Positions 19,743 to 30,144 of a DNA stretch of 64,000 nucleotides are shown here, piece after piece. Every line of letters starts with the position of its first letter. The stretch's first letter is position 1. Made by a program: the position numbers and the translations under genes. Below the pieces are notes generated by a model. That model was not told the origin of the DNA, did not search any database, and worked only from the letters and a program-made list of their open reading frames with translations. Source of the DNA: Nitrospira sp. (GTDB taxonomy: Bacteria > Nitrospirota > Nitrospiria > Nitrospirales > Nitrospiraceae); assembly GCA_047150005.1 (NCBI GenBank), contig AP038806.1, positions 352,001-416,000 of the forward strand. The letters are read 5' to 3'.

Positions 19743-20141
19743 CTAGAACATGTTCTTCATATGTGTGGCTGGCCTGGGTGGATGCGTCACACGATACGTT
19801 GTCGCGTCAGGGTCAAAACCTCTCCTCATGGGATCCCGGCCGGTTAGTTTCATGATCACTCCCATCGGGGTAATAATGCCATAAAACAATATGCCCAGGA
19901 TGATGCGGGTATTGATCCACCCCAGGGCATGCCCGATGAACATCCACCCACGGTACGGTTCCCGCAATAGGCTGGGCGCCGCTAGTCCCGTGGTAGCCAA
20001 GAGTCCACCCAATCCAACCGCCCACACACGCACCGGATCCTGTCGCCACACAAATGGAAACAACCCGATCAGGAGAAATACTCCACCCACTAACAGCCCG
20101 AATTGTCGTAATGTTGTCTTGGTAATCTCTTCATGCTCCAT
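19743..20141 (-). CDS. SxtJ-family membrane protein
   Basis: LRQFGL...WMFIGHALGWINTRIILGILFYGIITPMG...GRDPM...MKNMF pattern. Confidence 0.88.
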   Translation of the reverse strand: MEHEEITKTTLRQFGLLVGGVFLLIGLFPFVWRQDPVRVWAVGLGGLLATTGLAAPSLLREPYRGWMFIGHALGWINTRIILGILFYGIITPMGVIMKLTGRDPMRRGFDPDATTYRVTHPPRPATHMKNMF

Positions 20142-20209
20142 AGAATATCCTTACCATTGCGTCAGTTCGAAGATCCTAACTCATGATCCAAGGTCATTTT
20201 GATCAGTCT

Positions 20210-21349
20210 TTACCGCTTCGACGGATTCCAGGACACGATGCGCTCGCCTCTAAAATACCGTATCCATGCGTCAAGAATCGAAATATTGACCATGACGAAG
20301 AACGACGGAATGCGCAAGACTCCGATATTGGGCAACTGCTGCGTGATCAACGTGATCAAGTAGAGAAAAGCAAGAACATAGAACGCCACTTGGGCCAACA
20401 GCATAACCTGATAGAACGGTGACGACGCGGCAAGGACAAGGTTCGAAAGCAGCGCGCCGATCATGGCAAACGGAACCAACCACCGGCACAGTTTATGGCT
20501 CAACAGCTGCCAGGCAAACAAGCGATACCGGACAGGGTTGAGCAACGGTAAGCTTCGCATGAATACCGAAATCCCTCGCACGACGGTCCGTACTTTCCGT
20601 TCGTATTCCTTCTTCTGATCGACCAGGTTCTTATAATATCCGATGCTGTCCGGATCGGCGATACCCCGAAGTCCGAGCCGAACGCTGTTCAACAGCGTGT
20701 TGAAGTCGCTTTGCAGGTCCGGCGCCCAGTTTCGACATACCTCCCGCCGCGCAGAAAAAAACGAGCCGCTGAGCCCGACCAGAGTATTGACTCTGGACTC
20801 CAGGCTACGCAAGGCCATTTCGTATCGGACGTAGGCGCCTTCCCCGCTGACGACCCCGTCGGTATCGATAAACCGATCGACGCTGCTGACGCATCCGACG
20901 GTTTCATCTGAAAAGTTGTTGACGATTTCAATAATAGACTTGGGCTCGAGTATGGTGGCCGTATCGGAGAACACCAAGATATCTCCGGTGGTGGATTCGA
21001 CCGCCAACTTCTGAGCAGCCTCCTTTCCGGCTTTGATATTCGAGCGAACCAGACGCACTCCAAAGGATGCAAATGAACGCACAATGTCGTCGGTCCCATC
21101 GGTAGAACAATCGGACGCGACGACCAGTTCGAGTCTCTCTCGTGGATACTCCAGCTTGAGAGTATTCTCCAATTTCTCGCGTATCCGCTTTTCCTCATTG
21201 TAGGCGGTGATGATGACCGCCACGGTCGGCCTCAACTCCGACTTCCTCACCGGTCTGCTCCGGAGCAACCCGATGGCAGAGAGGCACAGCGGGTATCCGA
21301 CATAGGCATACCCGATGAAACCGACCGACAACCAGAAGAACGCTTCCAT
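20210..21349 (-). CDS. GT2 family glycosyltransferase
   Basis: YAYVGYP, AYNEE, SDCSTDGT, FSDT, SHKLCRW. Start may be 21349 or 21379. Confidence 0.9.
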   Translation of the reverse strand: MEAFFWLSVGFIGYAYVGYPLCLSAIGLLRSRPVRKSELRPTVAVIITAYNEEKRIREKLENTLKLEYPRERLELVVASDCSTDGTDDIVRSFASFGVRLVRSNIKAGKEAAQKLAVESTTGDILVFSDTATILEPKSIIEIVNNFSDETVGCVSSVDRFIDTDGVVSGEGAYVRYEMALRSLESRVNTLVGLSGSFFSARREVCRNWAPDLQSDFNTLLNSVRLGLRGIADPDSIGYYKNLVDQKKEYERKVRTVVRGISVFMRSLPLLNPVRYRLFAWQLLSHKLCRWLVPFAMIGALLSNLVLAASSPFYQVMLLAQVAFYVLAFLYLITLITQQLPNIGVLRIPSFFVMVNISILDAWIRYFRGERIVSWNPSKR

Positions 21350-21363
21350 ACCGTCTTGCACCA

Positions 21364-22614
21364 TCATTGAGAACTGCATTGATCAACCGGGACGGAACAC
21401 GCTCCGGTGTTCCTGGACTGCGATTTCGAAACTCCCAAGACCCGGTGGATCGTCAAGCGATCCGATTCCGTCACAAATTCGTGGGTCGGCAGGGTCACCA
21501 ATCGGTCGACGACTTCTTGTGCCCCCGGGCATTTCCGGTCGATGATCCGCCCGGCCAATTCGGGAATGTCCTGAATGGTCGTGGGATAGCTCGAACTTAC
21601 TCCAGCACCATATTCTTGACTGCGCGCACAGGCCTCGCGTTTGGCGGTTTTGTCTCGTAAGAGGACCGGCAACCTGAGATAGACGCCATCGGGATGGGTG
21701 ATCGGCTGCAGGCCGTTGAGATCCTGGTCGAGTCCTTTTAACAATCTTCCCGCACAAGCCGTGCGGTCTCTGTTTGCTTTGGTCAGTCGCCGATCCCAGC
21801 CCGCCAATTGACGGCCTCGGACCTCGTCCATGCGACACACCGGAAAATCCATATAGAACTTTGTTTCCCCGAGACCAAGAATCGGAAGTCCAGCCGGGAA
21901 CCAATACCAGGATGGCCGGATGAAGGTCCGCATGAGCGCCAACTCAATCCAATTACGAAAGATTTCGCAGAAGGAAGGAGCCGGCAACTTCGTGTATTCG
22001 CTGCGGATCGCTTCAGTCAAAATCTGTGACTTTGTGACGATGATTCCACCCGTCCCGCTCGTGAGATTCTTTCCACGACCGAGACTGAAAAACGACACGT
22101 CCCCTTCAGTACCCACGAGGCCGTTTTCAGATCCTCCCCCCATCGCCTGGGCGGCATCCTCGACGACGGTGATGCCTTGCGCGCTACACAACCGCATCAC
22201 GCGTTGCACATCAGCCGGAAGGCCGAATAGATGAGTCGGCACGACGCAGAGGATATCCTCGTTCACGAGCCGCTCCAACTCTGTGAACTCGAAATCCAGC
22301 GTGTGGGGATTCACATCGCACAAAACAACCTCTAGGCCGGCCTTCACGATCGCCGACGGCACCGAGTAGCAGGTATAGGCAGGAATGATCACCCTCCGTC
22401 GTCTGGAACCGGCCGCCAGGGCCTTAAGAATCACCACTAGCGCGGCTTTCCCCGACGAAACAAGAAACACACCCCTGGCCTGAAACTTGGTCTCCAGTTC
22501 TCGGATCAACCGTTCACGGTATTTCCGTCCTCCGGCGAGTCCTGCTAGGGAGCCCATGAGGTTGGAGACAGAAAGCGGAGCTGATGTGGGAGCCAGAGTC
22601 CGCTGCGGCTTCAT
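21364..22614 (-). CDS. DegT/DnrJ/EryC1/StrS-like PLP-dependent aminotransferase
   Basis: SSGKAAL, IPAYTC, EDAAQAMG, FSLGRGKN (PLP Lys), LVTLPTH. ATG 22614 overlaps the FemAB stop. Confidence 0.85.
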   Translation of the reverse strand: MKPQRTLAPTSAPLSVSNLMGSLAGLAGGRKYRERLIRELETKFQARGVFLVSSGKAALVVILKALAAGSRRRRVIIPAYTCYSVPSAIVKAGLEVVLCDVNPHTLDFEFTELERLVNEDILCVVPTHLFGLPADVQRVMRLCSAQGITVVEDAAQAMGGGSENGLVGTEGDVSFFSLGRGKNLTSGTGGIIVTKSQILTEAIRSEYTKLPAPSFCEIFRNWIELALMRTFIRPSWYWFPAGLPILGLGETKFYMDFPVCRMDEVRGRQLAGWDRRLTKANRDRTACAGRLLKGLDQDLNGLQPITHPDGVYLRLPVLLRDKTAKREACARSQEYGAGVSSSYPTTIQDIPELAGRIIDRKCPGAQEVVDRLVTLPTHEFVTESDRLTIHRVLGVSKSQSRNTGACSVPVDQCSSQ

Positions 22615-23645
22615 GGCAAGTACTTGACGATATGAGGACCGATCAAGTTGGCGGCGAAGAGTGGGAGATGCTGCCACATGCTGATGGCCATCTTGAACTT
22701 CGGATTGTCAGGATTGAGTCGAGGCATATCACGACCTTGGGCGAGCCAATAGTACCAATACAGCGGTCGCGGCTGAGCCCCCCATTGTTGCTTGAAGCGG
22801 TACGTCCCGCTGTCTACGGATGACCGTCCAAAATCAAACTCGGTGAATCCTTCACGGCAGGCATATTCCAGAACGGTATGATACAGCAGCATATTGGGTG
22901 CAAGCCGGCCATATCGCTTATCTGATGCTGCCCAGGGGATTTCCAATAGCCGGCGGAATCCATAGATGAACCCCGCCGCAAGCGGTTTCCGCTGTAGCGA
23001 CACGACACACAGACCTGTTTCCTTGGGAAACGCATCGACAATCGCTCGGAAGAAACCCTTTTCGTATACGGGGGTGCCGAGATCTCTCATACATCGGGAA
23101 AAGACCCCATAGTAATCATTCAATAGCTCTCCGCCTCCGATGCGAACCTCCATTCCTTCTTTTTGTCCACGCCGGATCTGACTTCGCAGCTTTGAGGGAT
23201 AGGCTTTGAACAAAGCTTCAGGATCCGAAGGCAAGGCCAGGCGCATGGACACCTTGTGACGACTTACCGGCCAATCAGTGTCCAACGGCGCCGTCTGTCT
23301 CAATTCGATATGACCGGCTCCAAGCTCGCTGGCAAGATCGCCGGCCCGTACCAGCAACTCCTCGACGGCCTCTTGATCCTCTGCTAGGACCCCCCCATAG
23401 TTAAAGAACGCGACGGACGTTAAGAAGTTTCCGAACAGCGGGTTCCTCGTCAGAACCAGCGGAAGCACGCCACGGACCGTATCGTGGTCGTCCTTCGCCA
23501 TCAAGTAAAAGGTGGAGTGCCCGAATACGCGAGTCACGACTTCTCGCCAGGCCAGAGTATGGTAGCCGGAGGCATCCGGCCTGCTCAACACAAATGCATC
23601 CCATAGCGCGGCATCAGTGGCAGTATTCAGAAGGACAACGTTCAT
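22611..23645 (-). CDS. FemAB-like protein, PEP-CTERM/XrtA system-associated
   Basis: FFNYGG, KVSM, SKLRSQIRR, MRDLGTPV, PNMLLY, FDFGRS, FKQQWGA, LNPDNPKF. Confidence 0.9.
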   Translation of the reverse strand: MNVVLLNTATDAALWDAFVLSRPDASGYHTLAWREVVTRVFGHSTFYLMAKDDHDTVRGVLPLVLTRNPLFGNFLTSVAFFNYGGVLAEDQEAVEELLVRAGDLASELGAGHIELRQTAPLDTDWPVSRHKVSMRLALPSDPEALFKAYPSKLRSQIRRGQKEGMEVRIGGGELLNDYYGVFSRCMRDLGTPVYEKGFFRAIVDAFPKETGLCVVSLQRKPLAAGFIYGFRRLLEIPWAASDKRYGRLAPNMLLYHTVLEYACREGFTEFDFGRSSVDSGTYRFKQQWGAQPRPLYWYYWLAQGRDMPRLNPDNPKFKMAISMWQHLPLFAANLIGPHIVKYLP

Positions 23646-23686
23646 GGATTTCCTGTCCGGAGGAGAACGACGAAGAGAACCGCCGT

Positions 23687-24922
23687 TCAATTCACCTGAT
23701 GAGACTGCCCGTTGCGAGAAGTGACTACCGAGTCGATCGCCGTCTCCAGCGAGCGAGCCATGGCGGCCCATGAATGCCGTTCACGCACCCGAGCCAATCC
23801 GTTCACGCCCAGGCAGTGGGCCTCAGTCGGGTTTTCCAGCAAGTGCACGACCTTGTTGGCAAAGGTTTGCGCGTCGCCCGCGAGCATCACTTCACGGTTA
23901 TCGACAAGATCCAAGCCTTCAATGCTGAGTGGGGTTGCGACAGTGGCCTTTTCCATCGCCATTGCGATCAAAATCTTGTTCTTCACGCCGGTCCCGAGTC
24001 TCAGAGGGCAGACCACCAATGCGGATGACCTCACGAAGGGCCGCACATCTGCGACCTCGCCGGTGACGTGGATGCCTGGTCGGTGCGCCAGATTACGAAT
24101 GTCTTCTGATGGACCGTTTCCAACGATCCAGAACTGCGCGTTGGGACGCTTCGCCCTGATCAGAGGGAAGATCTCTTCCGAGAAATAGAGTGCCGCGTCT
24201 TGATTGGGCGGATATGCCATCACGCCGGTGAATACTAGCTTATCCGTCTCCCCTTGACTCTGTCCGGGCGAGAAGTAGTCCATATCCACCCCGTTCGTCA
24301 CGGTCAGCGTGTTCGAAGAGGCCGACAACTGCTTGATAACCCCTTCGTCAACGGCGGAATTCATTACAACCAGATCGAAGAATTTACCGACAGAGCGTTC
24401 AAGTTGCCTGGCTCGTACCAGATGGACCCAAGCGGACAACTTCTTCGATAGCCTTCGTTCCGACCGTAATACGCGGACTCCCATTAGCGTAATGGAATCC
24501 GTCAGATCCACGATTGCGGGAATCGCCCGATGCTCTCCAACATATTCCGTCATGAAAATCAGATCGGCGTAAATCAGATCCACTTTCTCCGCGACACACA
24601 GCGCTTCGATCTTTGCCCGTATCATGCGATAGTAGGCCGGCTGCCGGTACCGCGTCTCGAAAAATGCCCCCAGATTCGCGCGATGCCATTGCTGTCCCCA
24701 CCATGTCGGCCGCGGCGGATCCGGCAAAATCTCAACACGCGAGAAGATCCTGGCGGAGGTGGGGTCATTGAGAAATGTCCGGTATCGCTCTCGCGATGAG
24801 CAGCGGCAGGCCAACAACAACTCATGGCGCCTGGAAAGTTCCCGACAGAGGCTGAACAATCTTGGAGATCCTGGCATACCTGAAGTAGCAGGAACATCGG
24901 ATGTCAGCACCAGTATCTTCAT
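23687..24922 (-). CDS. GT4 glycosyltransferase (PEP-CTERM system type)
   Basis: NGVDMDYF, FTGVMAYPPN, PLRLGTGVKNKIL. Confidence 0.88.
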   Translation of the reverse strand: MKILVLTSDVPATSGMPGSPRLFSLCRELSRRHELLLACRCSSRERYRTFLNDPTSARIFSRVEILPDPPRPTWWGQQWHRANLGAFFETRYRQPAYYRMIRAKIEALCVAEKVDLIYADLIFMTEYVGEHRAIPAIVDLTDSITLMGVRVLRSERRLSKKLSAWVHLVRARQLERSVGKFFDLVVMNSAVDEGVIKQLSASSNTLTVTNGVDMDYFSPGQSQGETDKLVFTGVMAYPPNQDAALYFSEEIFPLIRAKRPNAQFWIVGNGPSEDIRNLAHRPGIHVTGEVADVRPFVRSSALVVCPLRLGTGVKNKILIAMAMEKATVATPLSIEGLDLVDNREVMLAGDAQTFANKVVHLLENPTEAHCLGVNGLARVRERHSWAAMARSLETAIDSVVTSRNGQSHQVN

Positions 24923-24989
24923 GATCTACGTCTTGCGTGATTACCTTGATCGTCGCATGCCATCGCGAACCACGCCGCGGCACAGGACG

Positions 24990-26000
24990 TCATTCCGTTA
25001 CGACCCGGCTGAAGTATTCAATGGTCTTTCGGAGACCATCCTCAAGCTCCACCTCCGGTTCCCACCCCAGCAACTGTTTCGCAAGACGAATGTCGGGGCG
25101 TCGAACCTTTGGATCATCGGCAGGCAGCGGCCTATACTCGATCTGGCTCTTGGAGCCGGTCAACTTGAGCACGAGCTCGGCAATGCCTTTGACGGTCAAC
25201 TCTCGAGGATTGCCGATATTGACGGGATCATGGATGGTTTCAGGCAAGGGTTGCGTGGATTTGGTCAGGAATTTCGCTCGGTTCGTTCGTTCCTCTACCG
25301 GCTTGTCTGAGTCGATCAATAGGAGCACCGTAATGCCGCGAACCAAGTCGTCGACATAGCAGAAGCTTCTGGTCTGACTCCCATCGCCGAATATCGTCAA
25401 TGGTTTCCCCTGTAAAGCTTGCACCACGAAGTTGGACACGACCCGCCCGTCGTGAGGACGCATCCTCGGACCATACGTGTTGAAAATCCTGACGATACGG
25501 GTGTCGACTCCATGATACCGGTGATAGGCCATCGTCATGGCTTCCGCAAACCGCTTTGCCTCGTCATAGACGCCACGTGGGCTGATGGGATTCACATTCC
25601 CCCAATAGGTTTCCGGTTGGGGGTTGACCAACGGATCGCCATAGACTTCCGACGTGCTTGCCAACAACAACCGAGCGTGCTTCGCCTTAGCCAAGCCCAG
25701 CACTTTGTGCGTGCCCAGCGCACCGACTTTCATAGTTGCAATGGGCATCTCCAGATAGTCCTGCGGACTAGCCGGCGACGCAAAATGCAAAATCGCATCG
25801 AGCGAGCCGTCGACATGAATATAGTCGCACACGTTATATTTCACGAAACTGAACCGAGGATGTCCCATCAAATGTGCGATATTTTCCGCCCGTCCGGTGA
25901 TCAGATTGTCCATGACGATTACGTCATGTCCCTTTCCGATCAGCAGATCGCTAAGGTGACTGCCCAGGAATCCTGCGCCTCCGGTGATGAGAACCCGCAT
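24990..26000 (-). CDS. UDP-glucuronate decarboxylase (UDP-xylose synthase)
   Basis: [57 protein letters not shown]; carries an insertion of about 20 aa before PVNIGNP. Confidence 0.92.
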   Translation of the reverse strand: MRVLITGGAGFLGSHLSDLLIGKGHDVIVMDNLITGRAENIAHLMGHPRFSFVKYNVCDYIHVDGSLDAILHFASPASPQDYLEMPIATMKVGALGTHKVLGLAKAKHARLLLASTSEVYGDPLVNPQPETYWGNVNPISPRGVYDEAKRFAEAMTMAYHRYHGVDTRIVRIFNTYGPRMRPHDGRVVSNFVVQALQGKPLTIFGDGSQTRSFCYVDDLVRGITVLLLIDSDKPVEERTNRAKFLTKSTQPLPETIHDPVNIGNPRELTVKGIAELVLKLTGSKSQIEYRPLPADDPKVRRPDIRLAKQLLGWEPEVELEDGLRKTIEYFSRVVTE

Positions 26001-26018
26001 AGCCGTGCCTCCCTCTCT

Positions 26019-27866
26019 CTAGTCCAATTCAAACTCCTTTTTCCAATCCGTATCTTCCGCCATCGGCGCTTGATCCTGCTTGTACAGCACGCAATTCTCG
26101 AGGACGAGAACGTCCATTTCGGTACGCATGAAGCACCGATAGGCATCCTCCGGCGTGCAGACGATCGGCTCCCCTCGTACATTGAACGAGGTATTGACCA
26201 GGACCGCATAGCCTGTCAACGCCTCAAATGCTTTCAATAGGTTGTAGTACCGTGGATTGGTCTCCTGATGAATCGTTTGAACTCTCGCCGAGTAATCGAG
26301 GTGTGTGACGGCGGGGATATCCGATCTCGGCACATTCAGCAAGTCGATGCCCCAGAGATCTTTCTGCGCAGCGGTCATCGGCCGGCGTCGTTTTTCCAGC
26401 ACCGGCGCCACGATTAGCATGTACGGACTATCCGAGCGCAGATCGAAATAGTCTGACACGCGCTCACGCAATACCGACGGCGCGAACGGTCTGAATGACT
26501 CACGATACTTGATTTTCAGGTTCATGACCGACTGCATCTTCGCACTTCTCGCATCTCCGAGAATGCTGCGTCCCCCCAGGGCCCGGGGACCGAACTCCAT
26601 GCGCCCCTGCAGCCATCCCACGACCTTCTCTTGGGCAAGGTCCTGTGCAACGCGCTGAAAGATTTCCGAATCGGGCAGCCTGGTATAGGGAGCGCCCTTC
26701 TGCTTCAGAAAGGCCTCGATCTCTTCGTTGGTATGAGCCGGTCCCAAGTAGGACCCGTGCATTCGGTCCTGCTTTCCATTCGAGATTCGAGGCTGATTCT
26801 CATATTGGTGCCAGACGCTCAATGCCGCGCCCAACGCCCCTCCTGCATCACCGGCTGCAGGTTGGATCCAGAGATCCTTGAACGGACCCTCCCTCAGAAT
26901 GCGACCGTTTCCAACGCAATTGAGCGCCACACCTCCGGCCAGACACAGATAGTCGAGACCTGTCTCTTGGTGGAGCGACCGCGCAATACGGAGCATCACT
27001 TCCTCGGTCACCTCTTGAACAGAACGGGCGAGATCCATTTCTCGCTGCGTCAATTTAGACTCCGGTTTTCGCGGAGGCCCACCGAACAGGTCGTCGAACT
27101 TGTTTCCCGTCATGGTCAGACCGGTGCAGTAGTTAAAATACTCCATGTTCATCCGGAAGGTACCGTCCGGCTTGATATCGATGAGATGGTCATAAATGGC
27201 TTTCGCATACTTTGGCTCCCCGTACGGCGCGAGGCCCATAACTTTGTATTCTCCAGAATTCACCTTGAAGCCGGTGTAATACGTAAACGCCGAATACAAC
27301 AGTCCGAGCGAGTGTGGAAATGGGATCTCCCATAGCGACATCAATCGATTGCCTTGCCCTTTCCAGGCAGACGTTGTGGCCCATTCCCCCACGCCGTCCA
27401 TGCAGAGCACCGCGGCAGAATCGTAGGGGGACGCGAAGAATGCCGAGGCTGCGTGCGATTCATGGTGCTCAGAAAAGAGCAATTGCGGAAGGTCGCGCTT
27501 TTTCAGCCGGTGATCGTGCTTCAGAAATTCCTCACACAGCAGCGTCTTCAGGAGCAGCTTCTCTTTCATCCAGACTGGCATTGCAGCCAAGAACGACTGC
27601 AGACCGGTCGGCGCAAAGGCCAGATAAGTTTCCAAGAGCCGCTCAAATTTCACCAGCGGCTTGTCGTAGAATACCAATCGGCTCACTTCACCCAGTCGGA
27701 TTCCCACAGTCTGCAGACAATAATCAATGGCCCGATGGGGGAATCCGGGATCGTGTTTCTTCCTGGTAAATCGCTCCTCCTGTGCCGCCGCGAGAATTTC
27801 ACCGTCTCGCACAAGACAAGCGGCGCTATCATGATAGTAGGCCGATATGCCGAGAATAGCGCTCAT
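26019..27866 (-). CDS. O-carbamoyltransferase (NodU/TobZ/SxtI family)
   Basis: ILGISAYYHDSAA, QEERFTRKKHD, EHHESHAAS, GEYKVMGLAPYG, EFGPRALG, NTSFNVRGEP, C-terminal FELD. Confidence 0.95.
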   Translation of the reverse strand: MSAILGISAYYHDSAACLVRDGEILAAAQEERFTRKKHDPGFPHRAIDYCLQTVGIRLGEVSRLVFYDKPLVKFERLLETYLAFAPTGLQSFLAAMPVWMKEKLLLKTLLCEEFLKHDHRLKKRDLPQLLFSEHHESHAASAFFASPYDSAAVLCMDGVGEWATTSAWKGQGNRLMSLWEIPFPHSLGLLYSAFTYYTGFKVNSGEYKVMGLAPYGEPKYAKAIYDHLIDIKPDGTFRMNMEYFNYCTGLTMTGNKFDDLFGGPPRKPESKLTQREMDLARSVQEVTEEVMLRIARSLHQETGLDYLCLAGGVALNCVGNGRILREGPFKDLWIQPAAGDAGGALGAALSVWHQYENQPRISNGKQDRMHGSYLGPAHTNEEIEAFLKQKGAPYTRLPDSEIFQRVAQDLAQEKVVGWLQGRMEFGPRALGGRSILGDARSAKMQSVMNLKIKYRESFRPFAPSVLRERVSDYFDLRSDSPYMLIVAPVLEKRRRPMTAAQKDLWGIDLLNVPRSDIPAVTHLDYSARVQTIHQETNPRYYNLLKAFEALTGYAVLVNTSFNVRGEPIVCTPEDAYRCFMRTEMDVLVLENCVLYKQDQAPMAEDTDWKKEFELD

Positions 27867-27904
27867 CAGAATATTCTCTCAGTTTTCCATGACACCAGTC
27901 GGTT

Positions 27905-28945
27905 CTAGTACCCTCGCAACTGCTTCAACCTGCGAATTGCGCCGCCTCCCAAGAAGGTCATGAACAACCCTTTCCACGACAGCCAGTAATTGGCTTCTTT
28001 CAGGCTCCGCAAATAATGTTGCCGTGCCGCTTTCATGTCTTCCGCCATCTGATGACAGTATCCAAGCGCAAAAAACTGCATCGCAAGTTTCTTGCGGACC
28101 TTCCTCCGCGTGGAACACGGAAGCGGGTGATTCAATTGTTTCTGCATGACTTGTATGGAGTGGGGAACCAATTTCGCATCGCCAAGGCCCGTTATTCCGT
28201 CCAGTCTGACCCGGTAGCGATGACCGACCATATCGATGAATCCGATGTCATATGCATACGCAATTCTCAGCCATAAATCGTAGTCTTCGGGACCTCTCAA
28301 ACGTACGTCAAAGGGACCAACATCCGCTAGAACCGCCTTGGGGACGACGACTCCTGACGTACCGATATAGTTCTCCACAATCAAGGCGTCATAGGCTGCC
28401 TCAGTGTTGAGGATATACTGGGAAACTCCCACGGACCGCTTCGGAGCTCTTTTGAAGTATTCGTAGGTGTCCAGAAATGCGCCGGCATGTTGACCATTTA
28501 CTTCGTCAAATTTCACGAAATCGGCAAAGACGAGACCGAGATTCGGCTGACGATCCAGAAGGTCCACGGCACATTGAATCTTACCAGGAAGCATGATGTC
28601 ATCTGAATCCAGAAATGCGACATACTTGCCTTGCGCATGCTGGATTCCCGTATTTCTGGGACCGGAAGGACCGCCGCTGTTCTGCTGATACACATACTTC
28701 ACCCGATCGGACTCAACGTTCGCCACCACCTCTTTCGTGTGATCGGTTGATCCATCGTCGACGACGATCACTTCGAGCTTTGGGTAGTCCTGTCGGATAA
28801 CGGAATCCAGGGTGTCCACAATGTAGCTCGCACAGTTGTACGCGGGAATCACGACGGACACCAGGGCAGGATTGTTAGCATCGTCAGGAGGCATGGCCTC
28901 TCTGCGCTTATCGGATGCTGGCGTTGCGGAAGTCATCTCTTCCAT
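27905..28945 (-). CDS. GT2 family glycosyltransferase
   Basis: VSVVIPAYN, DDGSTD, FLDSDD, EDYDLWLRI. Confidence 0.92.
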   Translation of the reverse strand: MEEMTSATPASDKRREAMPPDDANNPALVSVVIPAYNCASYIVDTLDSVIRQDYPKLEVIVVDDGSTDHTKEVVANVESDRVKYVYQQNSGGPSGPRNTGIQHAQGKYVAFLDSDDIMLPGKIQCAVDLLDRQPNLGLVFADFVKFDEVNGQHAGAFLDTYEYFKRAPKRSVGVSQYILNTEAAYDALIVENYIGTSGVVVPKAVLADVGPFDVRLRGPEDYDLWLRIAYAYDIGFIDMVGHRYRVRLDGITGLGDAKLVPHSIQVMQKQLNHPLPCSTRRKVRKKLAMQFFALGYCHQMAEDMKAARQHYLRSLKEANYWLSWKGLFMTFLGGGAIRRLKQLRGY

Positions 28946-29031
28946 GGTCGGCTGACTCTCGTTCCACCTCGGTCAGGGAATAGATCAAGCCTCTAGTGCT
29001 GTGCTTGAGTGCTGTTACGAGGCTCAGTCTT

Positions 29032-30000
29032 CTAAGGTCTTCCAATAGTTCGTATCGCCTCAACAACCCGTGTCGGCAAGAACGAGCAACACCAATAGAG
29101 CCATGTCTTAGGGACAAAAGGCTTCGCCCGGATCGCAGCTGAGAAATGCCGTCTGGCTTCGTGAAACTGATTGCGCCCGAAATGGTTCCAACCAGCTTCC
29201 CACGCATGTCTGCCTAGTATGTCCTTCAGGAGCTTCAGATGCTGAGCAGGCACCCACTCCATTCGTCGGTGCTTTTCACGCACCGCCATATGAGTTTCAA
29301 GCCAGCGCAGTGCCCGAACGTCCTCTCCTCCCGACAACCCATCATCATGGACACGGTATCTACACAACACCTTATCGACAAAGATCATTGGATACGATCT
29401 TGCGATTCGCAACCACAGATCGTAATCCTCTCCCACCTTGAAGTTTTCATCGAAGAGGCCCTGCTCCTCCACTGCCTTGCGCCGAGCTAGGACGGACGAC
29501 GTATTCATGCAGTCTTGAATCAAGAGTTGGGAGTATAAGTTGCCATAGTACCAACCAGGCAGGTCTGAAACATGAGAACGACGCCACTCCTTCAGCATGT
29601 CTCGGTTCATGGCCGCCTGAATGACGGTGCTGTCTCGGAACATCATCGTGTCCGTAAAAACGAGGGCGGCCTGAGGAAATTTTCGCAAGGCGGATACCTG
29701 CACCGACAGTTTGTCCGGAAGCCACTCATCATCTGCATCCAAAAACGCGATGAACTCGCCTCGGGCTTGGCGAATCCCGAGATTTCTGGCCGCGGAGACA
29801 CCACGGGACTCTTGATACATGTAACGAACCCTGGCATCGGCTTTCCTGGTGATCGCGGCACATAAATCATCAGTGGAGCTATCGACCAAGAGTATCTCAA
29901 TTGCGACGCCCTGTTGATCAAGCGCGCTGGTCAATGCCTGCTGAAGATATTCCACGCAGTTATAAATCGGAATGACGACACTCACCGTAGGAACAGTCAT
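29032..30000 (-). CDS. GT2 family glycosyltransferase
   Basis: VSVVIPIYN, FLDADD, EDYDLWLRI; AAGGAG before ATG 30000. Confidence 0.9.
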   Translation of the reverse strand: MTVPTVSVVIPIYNCVEYLQQALTSALDQQGVAIEILLVDSSTDDLCAAITRKADARVRYMYQESRGVSAARNLGIRQARGEFIAFLDADDEWLPDKLSVQVSALRKFPQAALVFTDTMMFRDSTVIQAAMNRDMLKEWRRSHVSDLPGWYYGNLYSQLLIQDCMNTSSVLARRKAVEEQGLFDENFKVGEDYDLWLRIARSYPMIFVDKVLCRYRVHDDGLSGGEDVRALRWLETHMAVREKHRRMEWVPAQHLKLLKDILGRHAWEAGWNHFGRNQFHEARRHFSAAIRAKPFVPKTWLYWCCSFLPTRVVEAIRTIGRP

Positions 30001-30144
30001 TTTCTCCTTACCTTCCGCAACCGACGGCATATGACCGTTATGGATGCTGCTTATCGACCTTCGTCGGATGAGGCAGGTTTTAATCCAAAATGATCATCAA
30101 TTTACATGCCTTGTGCGGACAAGCGGGAACGACAGCGACTCTTC

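Noticed and set aside
19551..27866. Saxitoxin biosynthesis suggested by sxtI/J/K-like genes
   Set aside because: No sxtA-like PKS, amidinotransferase or other core genes; the context is purely polysaccharide.
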